Positions 36,046 through 46,297 of a stretch of 64,000 bases of DNA are shown piece after piece. The stretch is taken from assembly GCA_014332745.1 (NCBI GenBank), contig JACONL010000002.1:82919-146918 (forward strand). Direction: 5' to 3'. The notes beneath the pieces were generated by a model. That model was not told the origin of the DNA and did not search any database. It worked only from the letters and a program-made list of their open reading frames with translations. The translations under genes were made by a program, and so were the position numbers. This stretch comes from Alphaproteobacteria bacterium GM7ARS4. Lineage in GTDB: Bacteria; Pseudomonadota; Alphaproteobacteria; GM7ARS4. The stretch's first letter is position 1, and the number at the start of each line of letters is the position of its first letter.

Positions 36046-38303
36046 ACATGCGCCTGTAGAGACAAGAATATGCGGAGTGTCTCTGATGCCCCAGCGAGTC
36101 CAAGGTCATGGCTCTGCCGCCAACGCTTTTCGGCTTGATGCCGTTGTCCTTTGCGGTAATGGATGAAACCCATGCCAAAATAGGCGTAAGCATTGTGAGG
36201 ATTGAGCTCGATGGCGTGTAACAAATCACGCAAAGCCTTGTCATCATCGCCCTTATTGGCATGGGCATGCGCCCTGTAGGCATAGGCGGTATCACAATGT
36301 GGGTATTTTTCGAGCAATTGTGTCAATTTTGTGATGCCTCTGTCGTATCGTCCTTGATGATGGTCTATCATGATTTTTTCAGCATAGGGGACGGGGTTGT
36401 CAGGGTTATGGGCGATAACGGCATCGTAATCGCGTTCAGCAAGGGCATAATTCTTCATATCTCTGTGTAGATTGCCTCTGTCGAGGATGGCTTCGATATT
36501 GTCTGGCTGTAGGGCGATGACTCTTTCACAGCATCGAAGAGCAAGGTGAAAGTCGCGCCTTTTATTGTGGAGGCGACTTTGACGGATAAGTGCCTCCACA
36601 TTGTCGTCACAGAGGTCGAAGGCTTTTTTATAATCTGCGTCTGCCAATGTGTCATTGTTGAGTCGTCTATAGGTATCCGCCCTATTGATATAGCTATCCC
36701 CATCATGGGGTGTGAGCGTAAGAACGCGTGTGTGGTCCTTGATGGCTTTGTCATAGTCTTTCATATCCCTGTACAGATTGCCTCGGTTGACAAGGGCGTC
36801 ACGATGGTCGGGGTCAAGGGAGAGCACTTTCGTATAGTCCCGAAGCGCCATGGTGGCATCGCCCTTCATCTGATAGGTGCGGGCTCTATTCACATAATCT
36901 TGAGTGATCTGCTGGGGTCTTAAGTCGATGGCTTTGGTGAAATCGCGGATGGCTTTGTCATAGTCTTTCGTGTCCCTGTATAGATTGCCTCGGTTGACAA
37001 GGGCGTCAAGATGGTCGGGGTTAAGGGAGAGCGCTGTCGTATAGTCCCGAAGCGCCATGGTGGTATCGCCCTTCATTTGATAGGTGCGTCCCCTGTTCAC
37101 GTAGTCTTCAGGCGTCTTTTGGGGTTTTAGGTCAATGGCTTTGGTGTAATCTTGGATGGCCTTGTCATAGTCTTGCGCATGTCTGTATAGATTGCCTCGG
37201 TTGAGGATGGCATCGAGATTGTGTGGTTCTATGGCGATGGCTTGCGTGTAGCACTCTATGGCGGGGCGTATGTTATGGTTATTCCTGTGCGCATGGCCTT
37301 GAGACAGCAACCTTCTCGCCTCTTGGGCTTTGAGCTTAGCTGCTTTTTTATGGTCTTTTGTCTTTGATATGTTACGTGACGTAAGGATGTGGAATGTCTC
37401 GTAGTCGAGAGAGGCTTTTTTTGCGTCTCCTTGTTTGGTGTAGCACTCTGCTCGATGGAGGTAGGGGGTCTTATCATTGGGTGTTATGGCGATACACGTG
37501 GTATAATCTTTGAGAGCGTTGTCCGTGTCGCCCTTTCTCTCATGCGCTTTCCCTCGATGGAGGTAGCAGGATGCGACATCATCGGGCGTTGTCTCGAGGG
37601 GGTCGAGGATGGCGATAGCTTGGGTGTAATCTTCAATGGCATCGTCATAGTGACCTTGGGCAAAGAAAAAGAGGCCTCTTTTGAGACGTATGGCATGGTC
37701 ATAGCGGTTTAAGGCAAGCGCTGTCGTATAGTCTTTGAGAGCGTTGTCCGTATCGCCCTTCATGACATAGATGTCTCCTCTGTTGAGGAAGGCATCGGCG
37801 TCATATGGCGTGAGGGTGAGGGCGTGGGTATGGTCGCCGATGGCGTGGTCGTATTCTCTTTGGTCTCTATATGTATTGCCTCGGTTGATAAGAGCGTTAA
37901 GATTATCTGGCTCAAGGGAGAGCGCTGTCGTATAGTCCCGAAGCGCCGTGGCGGTATCGCCCTTCATTTGATAGGTGCGTCCCCTATTAATATAGTCTTC
38001 AGCCGCCCGTTGGGGTTTTAGGTCAATGGCTTTGGTATAATCTTGGATGGCGCGGTCGTAGTCTCCTTGACTTCTATAGACATTGCCTCGGTTAAGAAGC
38101 ACATCGAGGCTCTTTGGTTGGATGGCAAGCGCTTTCGTATAGTCTTCAATGGCGCGCGCATAGTCGCCTTGATTTCTGTAGAGATGGCCTCTATGGAGCA
38201 GGGCTGTTTTGTCCTTTGGATTGCTCTCGAGCGTTTGCGTCAAAGACTCTAAGAGCAATGTGTCTTTGTCCTGTTGTGTCATGTGCTGTGTGCTGGGGGG
38301 CAT
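36042..38303 (-). CDS. Multi-TPR repeat protein (~20 TPR units) with an internally triplicated ~68-aa module
   Basis: 753 aa of consecutive 34-aa TPR units. Three near-identical two-TPR modules (DYTKAIDLKPQ...NRGRTYQMKGDT..ALRDYT..LSL.PD..DAL.NRGN.YRD..DYD.AI) appear as about 90% identical 200-nt DNA repeats around 36.74-37.16 kb, with another copy at about 37.88-38.09 kb. Confidence 0.85.
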   Translation of the reverse strand: MPPSTQHMTQQDKDTLLLESLTQTLESNPKDKTALLHRGHLYRNQGDYARAIEDYTKALAIQPKSLDVLLNRGNVYRSQGDYDRAIQDYTKAIDLKPQRAAEDYINRGRTYQMKGDTATALRDYTTALSLEPDNLNALINRGNTYRDQREYDHAIGDHTHALTLTPYDADAFLNRGDIYVMKGDTDNALKDYTTALALNRYDHAIRLKRGLFFFAQGHYDDAIEDYTQAIAILDPLETTPDDVASCYLHRGKAHERKGDTDNALKDYTTCIAITPNDKTPYLHRAECYTKQGDAKKASLDYETFHILTSRNISKTKDHKKAAKLKAQEARRLLSQGHAHRNNHNIRPAIECYTQAIAIEPHNLDAILNRGNLYRHAQDYDKAIQDYTKAIDLKPQKTPEDYVNRGRTYQMKGDTTMALRDYTTALSLNPDHLDALVNRGNLYRDTKDYDKAIRDFTKAIDLRPQQITQDYVNRARTYQMKGDATMALRDYTKVLSLDPDHRDALVNRGNLYRDMKDYDKAIKDHTRVLTLTPHDGDSYINRADTYRRLNNDTLADADYKKAFDLCDDNVEALIRQSRLHNKRRDFHLALRCCERVIALQPDNIEAILDRGNLHRDMKNYALAERDYDAVIAHNPDNPVPYAEKIMIDHHQGRYDRGITKLTQLLEKYPHCDTAYAYRAHAHANKGDDDKALRDLLHAIELNPHNAYAYFGMGFIHYRKGQRHQAEKRWRQSHDLGLAGASETLRIFLSLQAHV

Positions 38304-38390
38304 GACGTTGTCTAGCGGGCGTTCCTATGGAGGTATGGAGGCCATGGCACACTATGCTATGACATTTTTTTCTTCTTGTCGAGACAAACA

Positions 38391-39947
38391 TCATGGCGGT
38401 TCTTGGGTGCTGGCGAGTTTTTGTAATGCATCGAGGTCGATGGCTTGTTCTATATGGTGGGCGAGTCGGTCGAGGCTATCCTCTAGCGCTTTTTGGTATT
38501 GGAGTCTGTTATTGCTATGGAGTCTATGGTGTGTGATGTGCTGTATGTAGGCGTTGCGGAATCCATCATTGGCGAAGAGGGCGTGTAAATAACATCCTTC
38601 CACCAAGCCACATGGCGATGTTGTGCCATGGTCGTCGATATGTTTTTTGTTTTTATGCTCTGTGTGGCAAGGGGCGAGCATGGTCTGATATTGTTGCCGT
38701 TGCTTCGTGATACCCATATGGATTTCATAGCCGTGGACGTATTGTTGTGTTTTGACGTGTATGGCGTTGCTCTGTGCGAGAATTTTGCGTTCCATCAAGC
38801 GCGTTGTGACATCGAGCAGGCCTAACCCTTTTATCTGCCCCTTGATGCCTTCGATTCCTTGTGGGTCTTCGATGGTGTGGCCGAGCATTTGGTAGCCGCC
38901 ACACAATCCTAACACGTGTTTTTTTTGTCTGACGTGGGCATAGATATCGATGTCCCATCCTTGCTGTCGTATGAATTGCATATCTCTGATGACAGATTTT
39001 GAGCCCGGCAGGATGATGATGTCGCATGGGGGGATATTATGCTGTGGAGGGACAAAGGAAAGTTGGCATTGTGGGTCACTTCGCAAGGGGTCGAAATCGT
39101 CGCTATTGGCGAGATGAGGGATAAGAGGCACGGCTATATGGATTGTCTCTTTTGTTCTGTGTTGGCGCTGTTGGCGCTCTGTCTGTTCCTTGTGGGCGAG
39201 CAGTTCTTTGAGGCTGAGGCTATCTTCTAACGGCAGATGCTGTGCTTCGTCCATAAAGGGGACGATACCATAGCATGGCCATGAGGTATGGCGCTTGATG
39301 ATGGGGAATGCTGGGTCGAGGAGATGGCGCTGTCCTCTGAATTGGTTGATGATATATCCTTTGACGCGTCTTTGTTCTTGAGGTGACAGCAAGAGATGTG
39401 TGCCTGTGATGGAGGCGAGGACGCCTCCTCTGTCGATGGAGGCAATGAGGAGGACGGGGATACGGCTTGCTTCAGCGAAGGCCATATTGGCGATGTCTGG
39501 CGGGGGGAGGTTGGCTTCTGCTGGCGAGCCTGCTCCTTCGACGAGGATAAGGTCGTATTCCTTACACAAGCGCTGATAGGCGTCGAGAATGGCGGGAAGG
39601 AAATCGGCTCTTCTCTTCATCCATGTCGATGCGTTGGTCGTGTCGATATGCGCGCCATTGAGGATGATATGCGTTGTGTGTCCACTTTGTGGTTTGAGGA
39701 GGAGGGGGTTCATCACATTGCGCGGTTCGAGACGACAAGCGCGGGCTTGGAGGGCTTGAGCTCGACTAATTTCACCGCCTTCACGGGTAATCGCGGCATT
39801 GGTGGACATATTTTGTGGCTTGAAGGGGGCGACATGTATGCCGCGGCGTGCGTAAGCTCGGCAGAGGGCGGTGACGATAAGGGACTTTCCCGCATTGGAA
39901 TGCGTGCCTTGGAGCATTAAGGCGTTGGCATGGTGTTTTTTTCTCAT
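38391..39947 (-). CDS. cobQ: Cobyric acid synthase CobQ
   Basis: 518 aa with an N-terminal P-loop ([23 protein letters not shown]) and a C-terminal GATase-like domain. Confidence 0.9.
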   Translation of the reverse strand: MRKKHHANALMLQGTHSNAGKSLIVTALCRAYARRGIHVAPFKPQNMSTNAAITREGGEISRAQALQARACRLEPRNVMNPLLLKPQSGHTTHIILNGAHIDTTNASTWMKRRADFLPAILDAYQRLCKEYDLILVEGAGSPAEANLPPPDIANMAFAEASRIPVLLIASIDRGGVLASITGTHLLLSPQEQRRVKGYIINQFRGQRHLLDPAFPIIKRHTSWPCYGIVPFMDEAQHLPLEDSLSLKELLAHKEQTERQQRQHRTKETIHIAVPLIPHLANSDDFDPLRSDPQCQLSFVPPQHNIPPCDIIILPGSKSVIRDMQFIRQQGWDIDIYAHVRQKKHVLGLCGGYQMLGHTIEDPQGIEGIKGQIKGLGLLDVTTRLMERKILAQSNAIHVKTQQYVHGYEIHMGITKQRQQYQTMLAPCHTEHKNKKHIDDHGTTSPCGLVEGCYLHALFANDGFRNAYIQHITHHRLHSNNRLQYQKALEDSLDRLAHHIEQAIDLDALQKLASTQEPP

Positions 39948-40057
39948 TTTGTTCTTGCTTTATTCTCTTTTTATTCTTATACAAGGGGGGACAAGAATCC
40001 CTCGAAAATATCGTGGGAATAGTTTATAACGATTATGTCGGTGAGGAGGCGAGAATC

Positions 40058-41191
40058 ATGAAAACGTCATCGGCGACGGTTACGCCACTTTTTGATAAGG
40101 GAAACAGCAAGGGTATGGACAAGAAGAAGGCTCTAGAGTCTGCCGTTGGTCAAATAGAGCGTCATTTTGGCAGGGGAAGTATCCGCCGCTATGGCGATGG
40201 TGCTGACGAGGATATATCGTCTATATCCACGGGGTCTATCGGTCTTGATGTGGCGTTGGGCATTGGTGGCGTTCCGCGTGGGCGTATCACCGAGATTTAT
40301 GGTCCTGAGTCTTCTGGCAAGACGACTCTTGCCTTGCACATTTTGGCGGAGGCGCAGAAGGCGGGTGGTTCGTGTGCGTTCATTGATGCCGAGCATGCTC
40401 TTGACCCCTCTTATGCGCAGAAGTTGGGGATTAATGTGGATGACCTTCTCATATCGCAACCGGACACTGGTGAGCAGGCTCTAGAGATTGCCGACACATT
40501 GGTGCGTTCTGGCGCTGTTGATGTCTTGGTGATCGATAGTGTGGCGGCTCTTGTGCCAAAAGCTGAGTTGGAGGGTGAGATGGGCGACGTCCATATGGGT
40601 TTGCATGCGCGCCTTATGAGTCAAGCGTTGCGCAAGTTATCGGGCTCGGTGTCTCGTTCCCATTGTGTCCTCATTTTTATCAATCAAACGAGGATGAAGA
40701 TAGGCGTTGTCTTTGGCAATCCTGAGACGACAACGGGCGGTATGGCATTGAAGTTTTATGCGTCTGTGCGCATAGAGATTCGCCGTGTGGGTGTCATTAA
40801 GGACAGGGATGTGACGATAGGGAGTCAGACGAGGGCGAAGGTTGTTAAGAATAAGATGGCGCCTCCCTTTCGTATGGCGGAGTTTGACATTATGTATGGG
40901 GAAGGCATATCCCAGTTGGGCGAGTTGATCGATATAGGCGTTTCTTCAGGCGTTATCGAGAAATCGGGGGCATGGTATAGTTTCGAGGATGAACGCATTG
41001 GGCAGGGGCGCGAGAATGTCAAGAATCACTTGCGGGAACATCCCAGCCTTGTGGAGCGTTTGCAAAGTCTTGTGCGCACGAAGGCGGGGATTGGGGTGGA
41101 CGAGGAAGGACAAGAAGAGGACTCTCCTTCGAAGACGGCGGCAAGCGGTGGGGCGGTGGCAAAGGTGGCAAAAGAAACAAAAAAGGGATAG
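40058..41191 (+). CDS. recA: Recombinase RecA
   Basis: [18 protein letters not shown]; Walker [13 protein letters not shown]; L2 loop region. GGAGG lies 8 nt upstream of the ATG at 40058; the track ORF starts earlier at 40013. Confidence 0.95.
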   Translation: MKTSSATVTPLFDKGNSKGMDKKKALESAVGQIERHFGRGSIRRYGDGADEDISSISTGSIGLDVALGIGGVPRGRITEIYGPESSGKTTLALHILAEAQKAGGSCAFIDAEHALDPSYAQKLGINVDDLLISQPDTGEQALEIADTLVRSGAVDVLVIDSVAALVPKAELEGEMGDVHMGLHARLMSQALRKLSGSVSRSHCVLIFINQTRMKIGVVFGNPETTTGGMALKFYASVRIEIRRVGVIKDRDVTIGSQTRAKVVKNKMAPPFRMAEFDIMYGEGISQLGELIDIGVSSGVIEKSGAWYSFEDERIGQGRENVKNHLREHPSLVERLQSLVRTKAGIGVDEEGQEEDSPSKTAASGGAVAKVAKETKKG

Positions 41192-41445
41192 GGGCGCAGG
41201 CATGGGGCACGGGACACGGGACATTGCGTAGGCGGGGAGGCGTGCCAGAGGGGGCATAGGATGTCTTCGTGCCATGCCTCATGCGCCATGCGATGGGGGC
41301 CATTCTCGTGTCATGTGATGGGCGTGTCATGATGTCCTCTCATGCGCTGTGGCTCTATGCCCTCTTTTTTTCCCTTGTGATATGTGCTATGTTGTGACCA
41401 TATCTATGATAGAAGGGGGTGTGGGTGACATCGAGAGAGATAGGT

Positions 41446-43092
41446 ATGGCGAAGAGTAAAGGAAGTGCAGCCGATTTATTGCGTGTCGTTGAGCAGGTGG
41501 CTGTTGAGAAGAATGTAGAGCGTCAGTTGGTGATGGATGCGATGGAACAGGCCTTGACTCGTGCGGGGCGTGTGCGTTACGGGTTAGAGTTTGACATTCG
41601 CGCGCATATTGATGGGCATACAGGCGAGATAACGATGGCGCGCTATCGCAAGGTTGTGGAGGATGTGACGTCCCGTGCGCGTGAGATCAGCATCGACCAA
41701 GCGCATCGTTATGACGCGTCTCTTTCTCTTGGCGACATGCTCATCGAGCCTTTGCCTCCTGTTCCTTTTGGGCGCAACGCTGTTTTTGCGGCGCGCGATG
41801 TCATCAGGCAGAAGGTGCGTGAGGCGGAGCTTTTGCGCCAATATGAAGACTATAAGGATAAGGTGGGTGAGATCATTAATGGCACGGTCAAGAGCATTGA
41901 GTTTGGCAATGTCATTGTTGATTTAGGGACGGCAGAAGGCATTATCAGGCGTCAGGAGCTGTTAGGTCGTGAGGTTTTTCATCGTGATGATAGGGTGCGC
42001 GCCTATGTGATGGATGTTAAGCGAGAGGGGAAGGGGCCACAGATTTTTCTTTCTCGCGCCCATCCGCAGTTTGTGGCGGGTCTTTTCAAGCAGGAGGTTT
42101 CGGAGATTTATGATGGCGTGATAGAGATCAAAGCTGTTGCTCACGAGCCCGGCAGTCGCGCCAAGATTGCGGTGCATTCTCATGATACGAATTTAGACCC
42201 CGTGGGTGCTTGTGTCGGGATGCGTGGCAGTCGGGTGCAAAGTGTCGTGGGTGAGTTGAAGGGTGAGAAGATCGATATTATCGTTTGGTCAGAGAACATC
42301 ACACAATTTGTCATTAATGCGTTGAGTCCTGTGGAAGTCTCGAAGGTTCGTCTTGACGAGGAGTTGAGGAGGATTGATGTTGTTGTTCCTGAGAATCAGT
42401 TGAGTCTTGCCATTGGCAGGCGTGGTCAGAATGTTCGTTTGGCGTCCCAGCTTGTTGGTTGGGAGATTGATATTCTCACGGAAGAGGTGGAGTCTGACCG
42501 TCGTCGTCAGGAGTTTGAGGAACATTCGAAGAAGTTCATCGAGATGTTGGATGTGGAGGATGTCATTGCCCATCTGTTGGTGACGGAGGGTTTTTCCGAC
42601 ATTGAGGAGATCGCCAGCGCGTCGTTGGAGGAATTAGAGGCGATAGAGGGTTTTGACAAGGAGCTCGCCAAAGAGTTGAAGGAACGTGCCAGTGAGAGTT
42701 ATAAAAAGCGGCAACGCGCCTTGAATAAGGCGTTGCGTGTTTATGGTTTAGAGGACACGACCATCGATATATCTTTTGAGCGTTGGCAGCATTTACTGAA
42801 TGCCCTACAAGAGAACAATATCAAGACACGAGACAATTTGGCTGATTTGGCGAGTGATGATGTCTATGACATGGTGCGTAAGAAAGGTATAACGAGGAAG
42901 CATGCGGAGGTTCTTGTGATGCAGGCGCGTTCCCATTGGTTTGAACAAGAGAAGAAGGCGTCAGACGCCAAGAAAAAGGTGACGACAAAGGGTGTTAAGG
43001 CAACAAAGGCACAAGAGGAAGCGGTAGAGGCAACCCCAGAAGCAACCTCAGGGGCAATTCATGGGCCACGTCATGTGGATGAGAGTGCATAG
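41446..43092 (+). CDS. nusA: Transcription termination/antitermination factor NusA
   Basis: NusA N-terminal domain, S1 and KH regions (DPVGACVGMRGSRVQSVVGELKGEKIDII; LAIGRRGQNVRLASQLVGWEIDI) plus an alpha-type C-terminal extension. No rimP upstream. Confidence 0.9.
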   Translation: MAKSKGSAADLLRVVEQVAVEKNVERQLVMDAMEQALTRAGRVRYGLEFDIRAHIDGHTGEITMARYRKVVEDVTSRAREISIDQAHRYDASLSLGDMLIEPLPPVPFGRNAVFAARDVIRQKVREAELLRQYEDYKDKVGEIINGTVKSIEFGNVIVDLGTAEGIIRRQELLGREVFHRDDRVRAYVMDVKREGKGPQIFLSRAHPQFVAGLFKQEVSEIYDGVIEIKAVAHEPGSRAKIAVHSHDTNLDPVGACVGMRGSRVQSVVGELKGEKIDIIVWSENITQFVINALSPVEVSKVRLDEELRRIDVVVPENQLSLAIGRRGQNVRLASQLVGWEIDILTEEVESDRRRQEFEEHSKKFIEMLDVEDVIAHLLVTEGFSDIEEIASASLEELEAIEGFDKELAKELKERASESYKKRQRALNKALRVYGLEDTTIDISFERWQHLLNALQENNIKTRDNLADLASDDVYDMVRKKGITRKHAEVLVMQARSHWFEQEKKASDAKKKVTTKGVKATKAQEEAVEATPEATSGAIHGPRHVDESA

Positions 43093-43098
43093 GGTGAT

Positions 43099-45446
43099 AT
43101 GATGGCAAAGGATGAAGGTGGACATGACAAGGCTCATGAGGGGGAACGGCGTTCGAAGATGAAATTGCGCCGTCCGGTGGAGACGCAACGCCTATGGCAA
43201 AGCTATGCCCACGGACGTTCACGCATGGTCGAAGTAGAGATTAAGAGGAGGCGTGGCTTTAAGGACAAGGGGGGTGTTCTTGGGAGGGGCGTGCGTTGCC
43301 TGTGGATGTGAAAGATGGGGCGGACAAGGCGGTGATCTTATCGGACGATGACAGGTCGTCTCGCCCTTCTATCGGTGGGGACGAGAGTCATGAGAGTCCA
43401 GCGCACCTTCCTGTCAAAAAAAGGGATAATAAGGGGGATGACAAGGTCGGCGTCGCGGACACACGAGGGGACAGTTCTTCGAATCGCAAGGTGGGGCGTT
43501 CGAAGCGTGTGTCGTCGCGTTATGAAAAGCGGGATGACCATGGAATCAATGCGAAGCGTCTTGGCAAATTGACGATTTCTCGTTCTCTGTCGGAGGATGG
43601 CGATGAACGGATTGCCTCTATGGCGGCGGTGCGTCGGGCGCGTCAGAAACAGCAAAAACAACGTGAGCAAGCCCAATCTGTGGTGCGGCCAAAGGGGCAA
43701 AAATTGTCGCGCGATGTTGTCGTTCCTGAGACGATTATTGTCGCTGACCTTGCGAATCGCATGGCAGAGCGTGGTGCTGATGTCGTGAAGGCATTGATGG
43801 GGATGGGGATTATGGCGCGTATCAACGAGCCTATAGACCAGGACACGGCCGAGATTATCGTTGCTGAATTTGGCCATAAGATTAAGCGTGTTTCTGATGC
43901 CGATGTCGAGTTAGGGCTTGGTGGCAAGGGGGCTGACGATGACCCTGCATCGTTGCGTCCGCGCCCTCCTGTCGTGACGATCATGGGGCATGTGGACCAT
44001 GGCAAGACATCGTTATTGGATGCGTTGCAGGATTCCGACATTACGAAAGGTGAAAAGGGTGGTATCACGCAACATATTGGTGCGTATCAAGTCGTCTGTG
44101 CAGGGGGTGAGAAGATAACATTTCTCGACACGCCGGGGCATGAGGCGTTTAGCAAGATGCGCGCTCGTGGGGCGACGGTGACAGATATGGCGATCATTGT
44201 CATTGCCGCCAATGACGGCATCAAGCCACAGACCATTGAAGCCATCAACCATGCGCAGGCAGCGCATGTGCCTGTGGTGATTGCCGTGAACAAGATGGAT
44301 GTGGAGGGTGCGAATCCAGAGAAAATCTATGATGATTTGCTTCAGCACCATGTTGTGACGGAGAAGAGGCGCGGTGATGTTCTTGCGTGTGAAATATCAG
44401 CGACGAAGAAGCAGAATCTTGACCATTTGCAAGAGTTAATTCTCTTGCAAGCGGGATTGATGGATTTACGCGCTTCTCAAACATGCAGTGTGACGGGGAC
44501 AGTCATTGAGGCGCGTATGGATAAGGGGCGTGGGACTGTCGTCACGGTTTTGGTTCAGCGTGGCGTTTTGCGTAAAGGGGCGATTTTTGTTGCTGGCCGT
44601 CAATGGGGGCGCGTGCGCGCTATGTTAGACCATCGGCAGGTGGCGTTGCATGAAGCCTATCCTTCTCAGCCAGTAGAAATTTTAGGCTGTGATGGTGTCC
44701 CGTTGGCAGGTGATGAATTTGTTGTTGTTTCGAGCGAATTGCGGGCAAGAGAGGTTGTGCGTTATCGCTCTCAGCGCAAACGCCATGCCGTCTCTAATGT
44801 CCACGGGCCAACGATGGAGGAACGTATGGAGATGTATGCCCGTGAGGTGCAAGAGCTTCCCCTCATTATCAAAGCGGATACTCGGGGTTCTGTGGAGGCC
44901 ATAGAAGCCATTTTACATCCTCTCATGGAGGAGATGGGATGTCAGCTCAAGATTGTCCATGGCGGTGTTGGCGAGATCAGTGAGTCGGATGTTGACTTAG
45001 CGATGACGACAGGAGCGCGTGTTATAGGGTTTAATTTACGTTCCAACCCTATGGCGCGGCGGCTTGCACAAAAGCATGGCGTCGATATTATGAATCACTC
45101 GATCATTTACAATATCGTTGAGGATATACGTCACCAGTATTTCGACCAACGTGAAGGCAGTGAAAAAATTAAGGTGCTTGGTAAGGCATCCGTGAAAAAG
45201 GTCTTTGATATTGGCAAGGTTGGTAAAGTGGCGGGGTGTCTTGTCGTCGAGGGTGTCGTCAAACTTGGCACAAGAGTGCGTCTTTTACGTGGGGAGGAGA
45301 CTCTTGTGGAAACATCCATACGCCAACTTAAGAGAGAGAAAGATGACGCGCGGGAAGTCAAGGCAGGGACGGAGTGTGGCATTGCCTTAGAGACGGCCGA
45401 AGGCTTGACTGAGGGAGATATTATCGAGTGCTATGTCATAGAATAG
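43099..45446 (+). CDS. infB: Translation initiation factor IF-2, reading frame interrupted by a ±1 shift at a poly-G tract (frame A 43099-43311, frame B from ~43263/TTG 43296)
   Basis: The IF2 N-terminal motif ([20 protein letters not shown]) is in the 70-aa ORF 43099-43311. The G-domain ([14 protein letters not shown]; DTPGHEAF; NKMD) and C-terminal domains are in ORF 43296-45446 in another frame, and frame B is open from 43263. A G6 run at about 43269-43274 lies at the junction. Confidence 0.85.
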
Positions 45447-45502
45447 CACGCTTTGTCGCGGGCCCACGACATGGATGACATGACACTTTAAGACCGTCAC
45501 AC

Positions 45503-45577
45503 GGTGGGCGATGAGGGGATTGAACCCCCGACCTTCTCGGTGTAAACGAGACGCTCTCCCAGCTGAGCTAATCGCCC
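45503..45577 (-). tRNA. tRNA-Val (anticodon TAC)
   Basis: Minus-strand sequence GGGCGATTAGCTCAGCTGGGAGAGCGTCTCGTTTACACCGAGAAGGTCGGGGGTTCAATCCCCCTCATCGCCCACC folds as a cloverleaf with a 7-bp acceptor stem, GCTC/GAGC D stem, anticodon loop TTTACAC and TTCAATC T-loop. Very similar to proteobacterial tRNA-Val(UAC). Confidence 0.85.
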
Positions 45578-45837
45578 CTCCCCTCTATCTCTTGCAGGCC
45601 ATACATCCCCCTCACATGCCCCGCCATGATGTCCCCCAGACCATGCGCCCCCTTATGCTCCCTTCTCTCTCCCCCTCTTCCGTTCCTCCTTTTTATCCCC
45701 CGACTCCCATCATCATGACTCCCATCATCATGACTTCCATACCCATGACTCCCGTCGTTTTCACGCCACGCCCAAGAGCAGGGTTAAGAGAGAGATGCGC
45801 CTTTCCCTCCTAACCCTTTCCCTCATGCCCTCCTCGC

Positions 45838-46110
45838 TTAGTTGAGGGCTTCTTTGAGGCTTTTGCCGGCTTTAAACTTGGCGGCTTGGGACGCGGGGAT
45901 ATCGATCTCCTGTCCCGTGCTGGGATTGCGCCCCTTGCGCGCCTTCCTCTTACTGACAGAGAAGGTCCCAAAACCAACAAGGCGGACATCATCACCCGAT
46001 GTCAGGGCCTTCGTGATACAGTCAAAGACGGCATCGACGGCTTTCCCCGCATCAGCCTTACTCAAGCCGCTGGCGTTGGACACGTTGTCGACAAAATCGC
46101 TTTTATTCAT
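45838..46110 (-). CDS. hupB: DNA-binding protein HU
   Basis: 90 aa (MNKSDFVDNVSNASGLSKADAGKAVDAVFDCI...RKARKGRNPSTGQEIDIPA) with a GGAGG RBS upstream of the ATG at 46110. The track ORF is extended to 46221. Confidence 0.9.
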   Translation of the reverse strand: MNKSDFVDNVSNASGLSKADAGKAVDAVFDCITKALTSGDDVRLVGFGTFSVSKRKARKGRNPSTGQEIDIPASQAAKFKAGKSLKEALN

Positions 46111-46297
46111 GCTGTTTTTCCTCCTGATAGATGACGGATGATATGAGAGGGTTATGACAATTTTAGTGTGATAGGCAGAGATGATGAAACATCCCATGCA
46201 TATGAACGTCTGACATGACACCTCCTTTGTGAGCCCATCATAGCATGGTCTGTCATGGAATGCATAGAAAAAATGCGTGGATATGTTCCTTCTCTCT

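Noticed and set aside
36261-38550. Plus-strand ORFs inside the TPR gene (36546-36923, 37389-37712, 38209-38550, and others)
   Set aside because: Antisense to the repetitive TPR coding sequence. Their repetitiveness simply mirrors the TPR repeats.
40946-41330. Minus-strand ORFs of 87-109 aa over the recA 3' end and spacer
   Set aside because: They overlap the conserved recA C-terminus, their Pro/Arg-rich translations have no family resemblance, and the spacer reads better as noncoding.
45511-45813. 100-aa plus-strand ORF beginning MRGLNPRPSRC
   Set aside because: Its 5' part is the antisense of tRNA-Val, and the remainder translates the C-rich repeat spacer into Pro-rich low complexity.
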